This document shows positions 23,391 to 36,718 of a stretch of 64,000 bases of DNA, one piece after another. Below the pieces are notes generated by a model. It did no database searches. It saw nothing but the letters and a program-made list of their open reading frames with translations, and had not been told where the DNA came from. Every line of letters begins with the position of its first letter. Position 1 is the first letter of the stretch. A program made the translations under genes and the position numbers. This stretch comes from Octopus sinensis (Eukaryota), in the NCBI RefSeq assembly GCF_006345805.1, contig NC_043013.1, forward strand, positions 45,012,001-45,076,000. Direction: 5' to 3'.

Positions 23391-24839
23391 CATTCCTAGA
23401 ATTTTTGCTGAAGTGCATTCCACAAAAGTTTGTTTCCTTTTTGCCTATTTACTCTATGAGTCAGCCAGACTTGAAAATTAACCACTTCACGACCATACTG
23501 CTACAGGTCTCCTTGGGCCAGATCTGGCCTAAGGGCCGCAGGTTGCCCATGCCTGATATAAACCATACCAAGCTCATTCAAGCTCTATATGACTACACCA
23601 TACTCACTCAAGCAACATTAGAAGTATACATATATAGAAAGCTTTCAGTAAATTAAAATTCAAAATATGTGTGGAATTAATAAACTCATTACAGTATCTA
23701 GAACGTAATTAGATTTGTTAATTAGGTTCTAATTAAAAAGCCCGTTTCATAAATCTCTGTGACAGTGAACAACCAATGCCACTTTTTGTATCTTCAAGCG
23801 TGTATACGAATGTGTGCATGTAAAAATGTTGAAATGATTTTATGATTTGAGGAGTGAAATTTTTACATTCATGGAAAGTCTAGGCCCGAATTGAATGATG
23901 ATGGCTGGATATGTGATCTTGCTTTTCTTGTTGACTTTATTTCATATCTTAATGGCCTTAATTTGAAATTGTAAGGGGAAGGCCAATTCATTCATCGGTT
24001 GTACAGTCATATCAAAGCATTTCAAAACAAAATGCATTTGTGGGAACATTGGTAATTCATGGCAAAATCGATTGTACTTATGCAGATGAGGTAAAATTGA
24101 TCAACGAAAAATTCAATAATAGATTTCAAATCGCAAGAAACAAATCTATGTATATTTTCTTTGCCTTTTGATATCAATATTAACCAGGTTCCCGAGGAAT
24201 TACAGATGGAATTAATTGAACTCCAAGGGAATGAAGATTTAAAACAGGGAAATGAGAGGTCATTCACTAATAGAGTTTTATAGAAGCCTACCTAGAGAAA
24301 GTTTAGCCTTGATTGTGGATTTTGCTAGAAAGAAAATGTCACTCTTTGGAACACATATAAATGTGAGCAGCTATTCTCAAGAATGAAATCTACTAAATCC
24401 AAAGCAAGATCAAGAATAACTGATAATCATCTTGAAAATAACTCGAGAGTAGCCACCTCTAGCATTTCTTCAAACATCAAGATGTTAATGAAGAAACATC
24501 AACTGCAAACATCCCAGTAGAATAATGTTTCGTGGCTATTTTCTCCCTATGAGAATGAATAATTTTACTGATTCAACTACATTTGTTTTATATTAATAAA
24601 TTGTTTTGTTCTTACCCTTACTTTAATATCCGTTTTATATTATAAAACAAATACCTGTATAAGCACTTGTATACATATTTTGTAAGTCTATAATTAGGGC
24701 TCTGGCCCGCAACTTTGGTGAGAAAACTTAATCTGGCCTGCACATGGAAAAAGGCTACCCATGCCTGGTTTATATAGAGCTTGAGTGAGTGGTTCATTTA
24801 ATGCATGGTTTCCATGAGAATGGTGTGGTTAATTTAGAG

Positions 24840-25919
24840 CTTAAGCGAGTATCATGTTGAAGAAACTAGTTTAAGATTTGGAACCAAAACCTCAAATACA
24901 TATTAGTGTACATCTGTTCATAAGTTATTTTACTTTATTGATAACTTAATTGTTGCCAATCCAAGTTTCTTACAGTGAATCCACATAGCTTCATGTTAGT
25001 CATTATAAATATCAAATTTCACAAAATATTTAGCAACAGGCTCATAAATGAGATTAGGCTGCTATTTCTAGCAGGTCAGACAATCACATCACTTCCTTGT
25101 TAGCTCTGATCAAGCAGACTTATGAACAATGGCATTTTAGACATGCCTATCCCAACTTTTTGTAACCACAGTGTTCCTTGAATGACATCCAGTATCTCTC
25201 CTCCCCCACTTTTTTTTCTAAAGGGTTTAATTTGATGGAGACTTAAGTGAGTATCATGTTGAAGAAACTAGTTTAGGATTTGGAACCAAAACCTCAAATA
25301 CATATTAGTGTACATCTGTTCATAAGTTATTTTACTTTATTGATAACTTAATTGTTACCAATCCAAGTTTCTTACAGTGAATCCACATAGCTTCATGTTA
25401 GTCATTATAAATATCAAATTTCACAAAATATTTAGCAACAGGCTCATAAATGAGATTAGGCTGCTATTTCTAGCAGGTCAGACAATCACATCACTTCCTT
25501 GTTAGCTCTGATCAAGCAGACTTATGAACAATGGCATTTTAGACATGCCTATCCCAACTTTTTGTAACCACAGTGTTCCTTGAATGACATCCAGTATCTC
25601 TCCTCCCCCACTTTTTTTTCTAAAGGGTTTAATTTGATGGAGACTTAAGTGAGTATCATGTTGAAGAAACTAGTTTAAGATTTGGAACCAAAACCTCAAA
25701 TACATATTAGTGTACATCTGTTCATAAGTTATTTTACTTTATTGATAACTTAATTGTTACCAATCCAAGTTTCTTACAGTGAATCCACATAGCTTCATGT
25801 TAGTCATTATAAATATCAAATTTCACAAAATATTTAGCAACAGGCTCATAAATGAGATTAGGCTGCTATTTCTAGCAGGTCAGACAATCACATCACTTCC
25901 TTGTTAGCTCTGATCAAGC
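24840..25919. repeat. 402-bp tandem duplication, about 2.7 copies, near-identical
   Basis: gagtatcatgttgaagaaactag recurs at 24847, 25249 and 25651. Confidence 0.95.
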
Positions 25920-27401
25920 TATTTTGTGTAGACCAAGTGTCATTGGCTTGAGGTTTGTATGTGTTATCATTGATATACATATGCATGTCAGGTTAAGTAG
26001 TAATACACTTCAGCATTTAAACCAAAAATATCTGGCCCAAATATTCTACTTGTTGTATGATCAAACTGGTCAGATCCAGCCTCTCACACCTACTTTACAA
26101 TATCACTCTAAAAATAAACAATCACATAATCAAAGTCTTGAAGCTATGAGATAATGTATGATTAAGTATTACATGTGATAGAGTAATCTGATTGCTAAAG
26201 AGATAAAGAGCACACAAATTTAGGTTCTTCGTTAGCTCTCTCTTCAAACTAATCTTATTTCCAGTTGCTATAGGCCTTTACTTCTGTCACTAATAAAGCA
26301 GAAGTACTACAAAGAGTAATTTCTCACACTACTTTCTCCTCTGTAAATCCAAAACCTTGTGTCTGTAACAAATCAATCTTCTCTTTTGTTCTCCTTCATA
26401 GAAAAGAAGAAAATATGATATTGATGTATTTTCTCACTTACCTAACCACTGCTCTTTCTTTCTCTCTCTCTCTCTCTCAATAGTATTTATTTGTTAATGT
26501 TCAAGAAACTTCTATTCAAAGAAAGTACTGACATACAAAGTATTAAAAGATAAAAAAAACAAAAAACAAATCAAAATATCAGAAGCTTCATAAAGAAATA
26601 TATGGAAGGCATCGGTTTGTTTATTATGTAAGTGGAGTCTTTGAAGTAGTAGTACCTGTTGTATTTTAGAGAGTGAATTTTAATGCGGATGTCTGTGTAA
26701 GTTCATCATCATCATCATCATTTAACGTCCTTTGTCCTTGCTGACATGGGATGGATGGTTTGACCAGAGCTGGCAAACTGGGGAGTTCCACCAGACTCCC
26801 AGTCTGATTTGGCATGGTTTCTACGGTTGAATGCTCTTCATAACACCAACCACTTTACAATGTGGGCTGGTTGCTTTTTACGTGGCACCGCCAGAACACA
26901 TTAGCTAATGCAGTTCTACACATCTGTAAAGAGACAGGACGGTCATAGTTAAGAATGGAAATCTTACACAGAAGTTACAAACACATTATGTTTTGCAATA
27001 AGCAGGTGGTATTAAGCTAGCTTGTAAGTCAATCATTTTGTAGATGTGATGTGGATAACTAAGTGATTTTACTAAATTCTTTGTTATATTTAAAATAACT
27101 GAAAGAAACACAGAGCATCTCAAAATAAATACGGTAATAAAAAAGTTAAATAATGCATTCCTGGGTTCATTGTTTTGTCCAAAAATAAAGTGTTGTCATG
27201 ACTGAAATACTTAGGTACAGATATGGATGTGTGGTAAGAAGCTAGCTTTCCAACCACATGGTTCTGGGTTCAGTCCCACTGTGTGGTACTTTGGGCAAGT
27301 GTCTTCTACTATAGCCTCGGGCCAACCAAAGGCTTGTGAGTGGGTTAGGTAGAGGGAAACTGAAAGAAGCCTGTTGTATGTACACACACACACACACACA
27401 G

Positions 27402-27436
<35 letters not shown>

Positions 27437-27941
27437 CACATACACATAATGTATTTATGTGTGTGTGTGTTTATGTCCCTGTAACTTAGCGGTTCAGCAA
27501 AAGGGACCAATAGAGTAAGTACTAGGCTTACAAAGAATAAGTCCTGGGGTTGATTTCTTTGACTAAAACCTTACAAGGTGGTATTCCTCACATGGCTGCA
27601 GTCTAATGGCTGAAACAAGTAAAAACAATATTGTTTTGAATTAATCCTGCATTTTGTTGTAGCTTTGAGATTTTGATTACATGATTGTATAATTTTAAAA
27701 TGACATTATAGGGTTGGTGCAAGAGGCCAGATCTGGCTGATTTGAATATAAAACAAGTAGAATATATGCGCCAGATATGGCTAGCTTAAATGCTAAAAGG
27801 TTAACCCTCTTAGTCATGTTTCTAATGAAATATACTGTTTCAGTTAATTTTGGTATTCTTTCCATGACATGATATCTAAAGGAAAGACAGCTCTGCATTT
27901 GGTCTGGTACACCTTTGTACAGGTCTCATCACAGGTATTAC

Positions 27942-28255
27942 CATGGAGGCACATGGCCTAGTGGTTAGAGCAGCGGACTCGTGGTCGAGGGATCTCGGGT
28001 TTGAATCTCAGACTGGATGATGTGTGTGTTTATGAGTGAAACACCTAAGCTCCACACGGCTCCGGTAGAAGGTAATGGCGAACTTCTGCTGACTCTTTCG
28101 CCTCAACTTTCTCTCACTCTTTCCTCCTGCATCTTGCTGCTCATCTGTGATGGACCGGCGTCCCGTCCAGGTGGGGAACCTATACACCAAGAAACCGGGG
28201 AAACCGGCCCTTATGAGCCAGGCATGGCTCGAGAAGGAACAAGCAACAAACCAAA
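27942..28255 (+). mobile_element. tRNA-headed SINE with 11-bp TSD ACAGGTATTAC
   Basis: Same family as 15102; TSD at 27931-41 and 28256-66. Confidence 0.9.
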
Positions 28256-31064
28256 ACAGGTATTACTGTCAGAAGGCAAAAAGCTGGAACAGACACTGCA
28301 AGATATCCTACCTGACATTCTATCAGTTCTGTCAATCCACAGCCTTGGATTGGCACATTTTTATTGTTCCCAGAAAGATGGAAAGCAAAGTTGACTTCAG
28401 TGGCATTTGAAGTCAGAGTGCAAAGTTGCAGAACAAATTACTGCATGTCAAGTCCCAAATAACTTTGCTAATTTACTATCATATAAAAATAGGTGGGCTC
28501 CTGTTGAAAGGATGAACTGTTAAAAGTGTAACATGCAAAATATGTATGGCTCACATTTCAGTGAATAATATGCATTTTTCTCTCTAAATATTGAAAAGAA
28601 AGGCCATGTAAATAATGTACCTGTTAGATTCACAAAATGTTAAAGGATAGGTTGTGGTGTATGTGCACATTAAAATTGCCATTAAGTACACTGAGAGAAC
28701 AACCAATTTCTCCTGAATACCATAAGTCTTTACTGTTTGTTACTAAGAATGTCAATAAGTATCAAGACAAATTATTCTATATTATATCTAATGGCATATA
28801 TTGCTTTTGCATTCAGTATAATGGAAACATTTCTGTCCTCTTCCTTCTCTTTCTCTCTCTCTCTCGCTTTCGTTTTTCATCCCAGTTTTCTGTTAAGATT
28901 GCAAAGGGTGCCAAGAGCACCATCCGAGCGTGATCGTTGCCAGAGCAGCCAACTGGCTTCCGTGCCAGTGGCACGTAAAAGGGCACCATTCGAGCATGAT
29001 CATTACCAACGTTGCCTTACTGGCACCTGTGTTGGTGGCATGTGTAAAAGGATTCGAGCGAGGTCGTTGCCAGTACCGCCTGACTGGCCCCGTGCCGGTG
29101 GCATGTAAAAAGCACCCACTACACTCTCGGAGTGGATGGCATTAGGAAGGGCATCCAGCTATAGAAACTCTGCCAAATTAAGATTGGAGCCTGGTGCAGC
29201 CATCTGGTTCGCCAGCCCTCAGTCAAAATCGTCCAACCCACGCTAGCATGGAAAGCGGACGTTAAATGATGATGATTCATCCCGTTCATTCAATTACAAC
29301 TATTTGGAAATTTGATAAGGGAGCCTCTGAGTAAATTTTTTCTAGTGGCCCACTTATCTATCTTTAGCCATGTCTCACATATGTATTATATAAATATCAT
29401 GCATGTATAGATATCCCTTTGTATCCATCACTGGCAATGCTTATGTAAGCTGAAATTAAACAATTTGTGATTCAAAAGACTATTTGAAATCATCAACTGC
29501 CAATGACCCATGAATAAAAACAACAGGAAAATTTTTTAGAGAAGATTCAAAGCCCACAGAGAATCTCTATGGCTTTTTGGCTGCACTCTGCTTGTTGCTG
29601 ACACCTGACTATGTGGTCGCTTGACCTACTTGAAATGACAGCCAAGTTTGAGTTCCTTCAAATCACATCTAGCTACTTAAATATGAAAGACACATTGACT
29701 GCTGTATTTCTTGATATACAAGACAAAAAATAAAATAGTGACAAGGTAGTCAAGGCTAGGAATACCTTTGATCAGAGTTGACTTGGGATTAAACAAGAAT
29801 TCCACCATTCTGTAGAATGAACAAGGAACCTTTGTGTGATTGCTTAACCTGGTAGAAATATCAGTTAAATTTCCCTAAAATCTAACCCTACAGTCTTACT
29901 GCAGTTCTGGATTCACTGTCTTGTCTGAAAATAAAGTGGTGGTCATGTCCGAAATGCTTTTTTTCATAGATCTGTCTGTTGAAAGTTGACCCATGGCTAA
30001 ACAACACCAATTTCCTTACTCTCATTTTCTCCCCCAATGTTTTGAGCATCGACTGTTTTCAGCCTTAACCAACTAATCCTTTTTGTTAATACAGGATAGC
30101 CTGAAGGGTCCTATAGACACTGGCCTGCCTCCTGTTTTAACTAAATAATAATAATAGTAATCCTTTCTACAGAAAGCACAAGGCTCGAAATTGATGGGGA
30201 ATGGGACTAGTCGTTACATTGACCCCAGTGCATAACTGGTACCTAATTTATCAACCCCGAAAGGATGAAAGGTAAAGTTGACCTCAGCAGAATTTGAACT
30301 AAGAATGTAAAGACACACGAAATGCTTAGCAGCATTTCGTCCAGCATGCTAAGAATTTTGCCAGCTCACCACCTTAATAATAATAATAATAACAAAACAG
30401 TTGAATTCAAAGGTATTCAGTGTTGGCAAATAGTAAAACAGATATCTGAGAGTGGAATTAATTTTATGCCATGAAGAAGAAAAGTTTAGCATTTCAGGCA
30501 GAGTCTTCTTCACTGATGGAGGAAATATTTACCCTATTTTTTATCTTAGTACTTTAATAAGTATTTTTTTTCCTCTCCCTGAAGGTTTCTATCTCAAAGT
30601 TCTCCTCTTAGACTTCTCTAAAACAATTTATTCCATTGTGTTTTTCCTTTCCTTACTTCCTTGTTCTTCTGTCTTGCAAATTATCTGGCAACAGCACTGT
30701 TGCTAAGGCATGAAAAAAAAAACAAGCACTTAATGCATACTGTAAATTGGTTGGTGTTAGGAAGAGTGCCCAGTCATAGAAACCCTGCCAAAGCTGACAC
30801 CGGAACTCGGCTCAGCAGCTTGCTGAATTCTACCAAACTATTCAACCGATACTGGCATCGAAAATGGATGTTAAATGATGATGATTATATGAAGTCTTCA
30901 TATAATCAATTGATTGCTTGTGTTTATCACAGAGATTAGTAAAAGTTACATTTGTCGATGACCTACTCCTTAAAAACATGTGCCTCAATGCAAAAACTGT
31001 GTTACTGTGGGGCACAACTATGGCCTACAACTCAGACATATGATACATTCACTTTTATATAAGA

Positions 31065-31420
31065 CTAGCACTATGACCCAGCAATGCCGGATCATAGTGC
31101 TAGTGCATGTATATACAGCTGTGTGCGTCATGCGAGTACTGTCCAAATCTCCGACCAATCATATACAGCTAGCTGGCATTCAATTGGCGTATCAAGTTTC
31201 GGGCATTTTGATTGGATTTTGGATAGAAAATTCACAAAAAAGTCACTTCTATTGATTTTTTTAATGGCTTTGTTGGGTGACTGGGGAAATGTAAAGATGT
31301 GCACGACCACCCTTGGACGGTTTTGAATGACCATAGAAAGTGTGAGCCCTCTAACTGAAAAATTGTGGATTCGTATAAAGGACACACACACCGACATTTT
31401 GCCATTTATACATAGAGAGA
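31065..31420 (-). mobile_element. Second Helitron-like copy, inverted relative to 22513
   Basis: Reverse complement of the 22513 element with the same A|TC and CTAG|T ends. Confidence 0.75.
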
Positions 31421-31655
31421 TTTAGCATTTATTCAGAACTGTAGATTCATCTCCTCCCCTGGTAGAACCCAGTTTATGTAATACAAATATGGTTGTGTAT
31501 TGACTTTAGAGTCGCCTTGGGTTTCGTAGCCCACCACTGTTAAGATGTTTGTTTTTAGCCATAAAATCTTATTGATTAATGACACTTGTCTTTACCTGAA
31601 CATAATTTAATACTTCTACAAATGCCTTTTTTTTTTTTCTTTCTTGTTTTTCTAG

Positions 31656-31839
31656 AATAATTTAGTCCAGGTGAAGGTTGAAATTGGTCACCAAGCCAGT
31701 CTACGGAAGAAAGTTACTCCGAATGGATTCACTCATGACTGGACAGTATTTGTCCGAGGACAGAACGACAGTCCCATTCATCATTTTGTTGATAAAGTTA
31801 TTTTTCATTTACACGAGAGTTTTCAGAAGCCAAGACGAG
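31656..31839 (+). CDS. MLLT3: AF9/ENL homolog, YEATS domain exon (N-half)
   Basis: tttctag|[35 protein letters not shown]...[21 protein letters not shown]|gtaaag; aligns to human AF9/ENL residues about 5-64. Confidence 0.95.
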
Positions 31840-31993
31840 GTAAAGTGCATTTTTTAACATATCATTTTTAACCTATCTACTTGCATTCTCATGTGTGTCA
31901 TTAAAATTAAGTACCAGTCAAAAACTGATCTATCTAAGTGACTGTATCCTCCTCAACTAGAATCTATCATCGAAGATGCTTTCTCAGGGTATC

Positions 31994-32382
31994 GAGTGGA
32001 GGTGCAATGGCCCAGTGGTTAGGGCAGCGGACTCGCGGTCATAGGATCGCGGTTTCGATTCCCAGACCGGGCGTTGTGAGTGTTTATTGAGCGAAAACAC
32101 CTAAAGCTCCACGAGGCTCCGGCAGGGGATGGTGGTGATCCCTGCTGTACTCTTTCACCACAACTTTTTCTCTCACTCTTACTTCCTGTTTCTGTTGTAC
32201 CTGTATTTCAAGGGGCCGGCCTTGTCACTCTCTGTGTCACGCTGAATATCCCCGAGAACTACGTTAAGGGTACATGTGTCTGTGGAGTGCTCAGCCACTT
32301 ACGCGTTAATTTCACGAGCAGGCTGTTCCGTTGATTCGGATCAACCGGAATCCTCATCGTCGTAACCGACGGAGTGCTTCCA
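31994..32382 (+). mobile_element. Young tRNA-headed SINE with 12-bp TSD TCTCAGGGTATC
   Basis: CpG-rich head ggcccagtggttagggcagcggactcgcgg; TSD at 31982-93 and 32383-94. Confidence 0.9.
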
Positions 32383-33656
32383 TCTCAGGGTATCATGCTC
32401 TGAGAAAGAAATTAAAACAACATGGTTCCAAAGTGAACTTTGTAACCACATAGTCATATTTTGTTTTTGAATTTGGCTTGCAAGATTGTTGATATGAATT
32501 GTGTGTTGAAACAAATTTTGTTGTGTTTTGGGAGAGTCATTACACCAATAATAATAACACACACACACATAGGTTCAGTTCCTCTTCTTTCTTGTTAGTT
32601 AATTGGTAAAATTATCTGGGTTGTGTAGTAAGTAGCTTTGTTTACCAACCACATGGTTCTGGGTTCAGCCCCACTGCATGGCACCTTGGGCAAGTGTCTT
32701 CTGCTATAGCCTCAGGCCGACCAAAGCCTTGTGAGTGGATTTTGTAGATGGAAACTGGAAGAAGCCCATCATATATATGTACATGCATATATATATATAT
32801 GTGTGTGTGTGTGTCTGTGTTTGTCACCCCCCCCCCCCACATTGCTTGACAACCGATGCTGGTGTGTTTATGTCCCCATAACTTAGCGGTTCCGCAAAAG
32901 AGAGACCGATGGAATAAGTACTAGGCTTACAAAGAATAAGTCCTGGGGTTGATTTGGTTGAGTAAAGGCAGTGCTCCAGCATGGCCACAGTCAAATGACT
33001 GAAACAAGTGAAAGAATAACTAACTAATCAATTGTTTGTTTAATGTGCTGGTTTGACTGTTTAACGATCACATTAAGTAAATGATTGATTGGTTAGTTGG
33101 TTACATATTTAACTATTTGACCAACAAGAAAGAAGTAGGATTGAACCTGTGCATGTGTTATGTTCTTGAGCAAGACACTTATTTCACATTGCTCCAGTTC
33201 ACTCAGCTATAGGAAATGAGTTGCAATGTCACTGGTGCCAAGCTGTATTGGCCCCTTTGCCTTTCCCTTGGGAAACATCAGTAGCATGGAGAGGGGAGGC
33301 TGGTGTGCATGGGCGACTGCTGGCCTTCCATAAACAACTTTGCCTAGACTTGTGCTTTGGTAGGGGGAAACTTTCTAGGTGCAATCCCATGGTCATTCAT
33401 GACTGAAGGGAGTTTTTACCCTTTAATAATTCTCCCAAGACACAACACACAGTTGTACATTGTTATAAGTTTGGACATTGGTAGGATGAAAATAAATTTC
33501 AATAATATTGATGGCAGTTTGAAATAAAATTATTAGAAAAAGACATTTCGAAACACTGTTTCAGATGCTCTTGTATAACAAATATCATAAGCTCCCTTGA
33601 CCCCCAAAATATGATAGGAGTTTAACTGTGCTGCCATGATAGAGCACAGGCTTTAA

Positions 33657-33867
33657 CCCTTTAGTGTTCGCATTATTCTGCCAAAATTAATCCTTTTTTA
33701 TCCACATTGCCTTGAACTAATCAGGCATTATCTTGTAGCTATGAGATTTTGATGAGGTAGCTGTTAATTTTTTAATCGATATTGTAGGGCTGGTGTGAGA
33801 GACCAGATCTGGCCAGTTTGAACATAAAACAGGTAGAATACTTCTGGCCGGTTTAAATGCTAAAGGG
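33657..33867. mobile_element. piggyBac-like MITE (TTAA|CCCTTTAG...CTAAAGGG|TT)
   Basis: CCC/GGG ends at TTAA. The cleanest copy is 46321-46531 with TTAA on both sides; partial copies at about 21765, 26010, 27650 and 45243. Confidence 0.7.
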
Positions 33868-34574
33868 TTTAAGGGGTGTAATCAGTTAACCTGAGGCTGA
33901 ACCAAGAATCCTATGGTTGGAGATGAACACCATTCATTCCTCTATGTGATTGGTTTGAAAAATTGTTAAAATATTAAGATATTTTTCATAGCATGAAACC
34001 AATGGTAACCTCAATGCATGAATAAAAATATTTTATCCACCCGCGTTCTCATTGTTCAACATTTACGTGTACATATATCTTTTATCTTGTTTCATTCATT
34101 TGACTAGCCATGCTGCAGCACTGATTTGAAGGTTTCAGTCGAACAAACTGACCCTAAGACTTATATTTTTAAGCCTGGTACTTATTCTGTTGGTCTATTC
34201 TGCTGAACCGCATGATGGGCTTCTTTTAGTTTTTATATCCATATTTCCATAATGGCGTGAGTTGGTTGGGTCGTTAGGATATACATAATCTTGCACTCAC
34301 AAGTAACAGACCAAACCAATCTGCTTTAGTGTTATGTCTACTGTGTAGGCTATATATATATATTTTGACGTGCTACCAAAAGTACGCAGGTGTGATTTTT
34401 ATTTGAAATCATTACCTTCATAGATGGGTACCCTGCAATGCAGCATGTGGAGTTCATGTTCCACTTGTATTTTCCATAACTGGATCTTTTTCATACCACA
34501 AGCCACTTTACAGAATGCACTGGTTACATTTATCAGAGTGCTGACACTAGAGAACTTGTTTATGACAGGACTAG

Positions 34575-34895
34575 GGAATGGCACTTCCTCATGCAACTGT
34601 CCTCATCCATACGCAACACATGACCATACCAGTGCAGTCACCTCTCTTGCACACCACATCTGATGCTTCTTATGTCCAGCTTTTCTCTCAGGGCACTTAC
34701 ACTCTGTCGTGTATGCACACTGACATTACAGATCTAGCGAAGCATACTAGCTTCATTTCTTGCAAGCTTACGCATGTCCTCAGCAGTCACAGCCCATGTT
34801 TAACTGCTGTGTAGCATGGCTGTTCATACACGTGTCATACAGTGTACCTTTCACTCTGTGTGAGAAGTCCTTTGTTACCAGCAGAGGTAAACTAG
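34575..34895 (-). mobile_element. RTE ORF2 C-terminal fragment
   Basis: Frame-broken LPLLVTKDFS.RVKG.LYD.C...ETWAVTAEDMRKLARNEASML...WYGHVLRMDEDSCMRKCHSL. Confidence 0.8.
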
Positions 34896-35204
34896 TGTTT
34901 TGAAAATTTGTCGAGCATGATCGTTGCCAGTGTCACTGGATCGGCTCCTGTGCAGGTGGCACATAAAAAGCACCGTTTGAGTGTGGCCGTTGTCAGTACC
35001 ACCTGACTGGCCCTTGTGCCAGTGGCACGTAAAAGCACCCACTACACTCTCAAAGTGGTTGGCGTTAGGAAAAGCATCCAGCTGTAGAAACTCTGCCAGA
35101 TCAGATTGGAGCCTGGTGCAGCCATCTGGTTCGCCAGTCCTCAGTCAAATCATCCATCTCATGCTAGCATGGAAAGCAGACGTTAAACGATGAGAATGCT
35201 GTAT

Positions 35205-35630
35205 AAGAACAGTTTGGAGAAAGTTCAGGGAGTTATTATCTTTGCTGGCAACAGTGGTCTTCTCCTTCAAGGTTAGGGACAGCTTGTATGACACTTGTGT
35301 ATAAAGTATATTGCTGCATGGCAGTGAGACACGGGCCTTAAATGTGAAGGCTCTGCAATGACTAGAAAGAAATGAGACAAGTCTGCTTCACTAGATATGC
35401 CATGCATGAATGGTGAACTGGACTGAAAGTCAAACTGGGAATAAGTAGATTAAGTAGCATGTAAAGAGAGGAAATTGTGATGGTATGGGCACATGATGTG
35501 GGTAGATGGCAGCTGTATAAGCAAGTACTTAGTGTTCAAAAGTGAACGGTGTTTGTGGAAGAGGGAAACCAAGGAAGGTTATGGATGTGGCAGTGAAAAG
35601 TGATCTCAGGATATCTCATCTAACAAAGGA
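35205..35630 (+). mobile_element. Older decayed copy of the same RTE family
   Basis: gtttggagaaagttcagggag...gcatggcagtgagac...tggtatgggcac...ggaagagggaaaccaaggaag, followed by family-A-like 3' pieces. Confidence 0.7.
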
Positions 35631-35779
35631 AAAGATGGACATTCAACTGTAGAAATAATGCGCAAAATGAAGAGTTGGAGCAAGATATATAGAGAGTTTA
35701 CAAAAAAAACAAAAGACGAAGACAGGTGGTGTACAAAACAAACAGATGTATTAGTATAACACTCAGGAATAGAAAAAGT

Positions 35780-35815
35780 CTTTTACGTTTCGAGCCTATG
35801 CTCTTCCACAGAAAG
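35780..35815 (-). ncRNA. Minimal Penelope-type hammerhead motif, one core substitution
   Basis: Minus strand CTTT-CTGTGGA-A-GAGC atag GCTC-GAAA-CGT-A-AAAG; A6 is replaced by U. Confidence 0.5.
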
Positions 35816-36491
35816 AAACAAGGAGAGGAAAAAAAAATGTGTAGTGGTTACCGATCTATCATGGTGACTGACTCAGACAGAAGGGTCACACATGAGAGGG
35901 AAAGTAGGGGAGATAACAAAGTAAAGATGACCCCCAACACAAAGGTGCGTGTGAACGAGGGCTGGTGGATCTCTAGATCCTATCAAACTGGTCTGATTCA
36001 TACCAGCATGGAAAACGGACGTAGAAAGATGATGATAATGAAGTTTGTTTCACTACTTTCTACCCTCTCCAGATTTCAGATCCCTTGTCAGTTTTATGTC
36101 CATAGTCAAGCATTGTCCTTTCTGCACTTCCAGTGATAAGCCAACCTTATTTACACAAAGTTCTTCTTTTCACATTAAGCTCTATTCTGCCTTTGTTTCT
36201 GCCATAACTATAAACTTTCGTTTCTTTTCTAAGAACTTGCTTGGTTACTTATTTATTCTCTCTGTGTCACCACATTCTCAACTCACATTTTTTTCATACT
36301 TTTATTATATTCAACAGTCTACTGATTCCTTCCTATAATAGTTCAGCACAGTATATCTTCTCTGAAACTGTATTCTTTCTTAGAGAAAATTTTATATTAT
36401 TTATTTGTTTGTAAATTTCTTTGTTTTATCTCAGTGTATTCAAAGGTTTTTTTTTTACTTTTTTTTCTTTACTTTTTTTTCTTCTTTCTAG

Positions 36492-36718
36492 TTGTTAAAG
36501 AAGCTCCATTCCAGGTGACAGAATCAGGTTATGCTGGCTTTTTATTACCAGTGGAACTTTATTTTAAAAACAAAGAAGAGCCAAAAAAGATCCGGTTTGA
36601 GTATGATCTGTTTCTACAAGGTTTAGGCGGCCCAGCAGTAAATAATTCACGATGTGAGAAATTAACTTTTCAAAACCCCACTGAAGAATTCAAAGAGAAA
36701 CTATTCAAAGCTGGAGCA
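36492..36718 (+). CDS. MLLT3: AF9/ENL homolog, YEATS domain exon (C-half)
   Basis: ttctag|(V)[41 protein letters not shown]...[23 protein letters not shown]|gtaagt; phase 1 in, phase 0 out. Confidence 0.95.
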
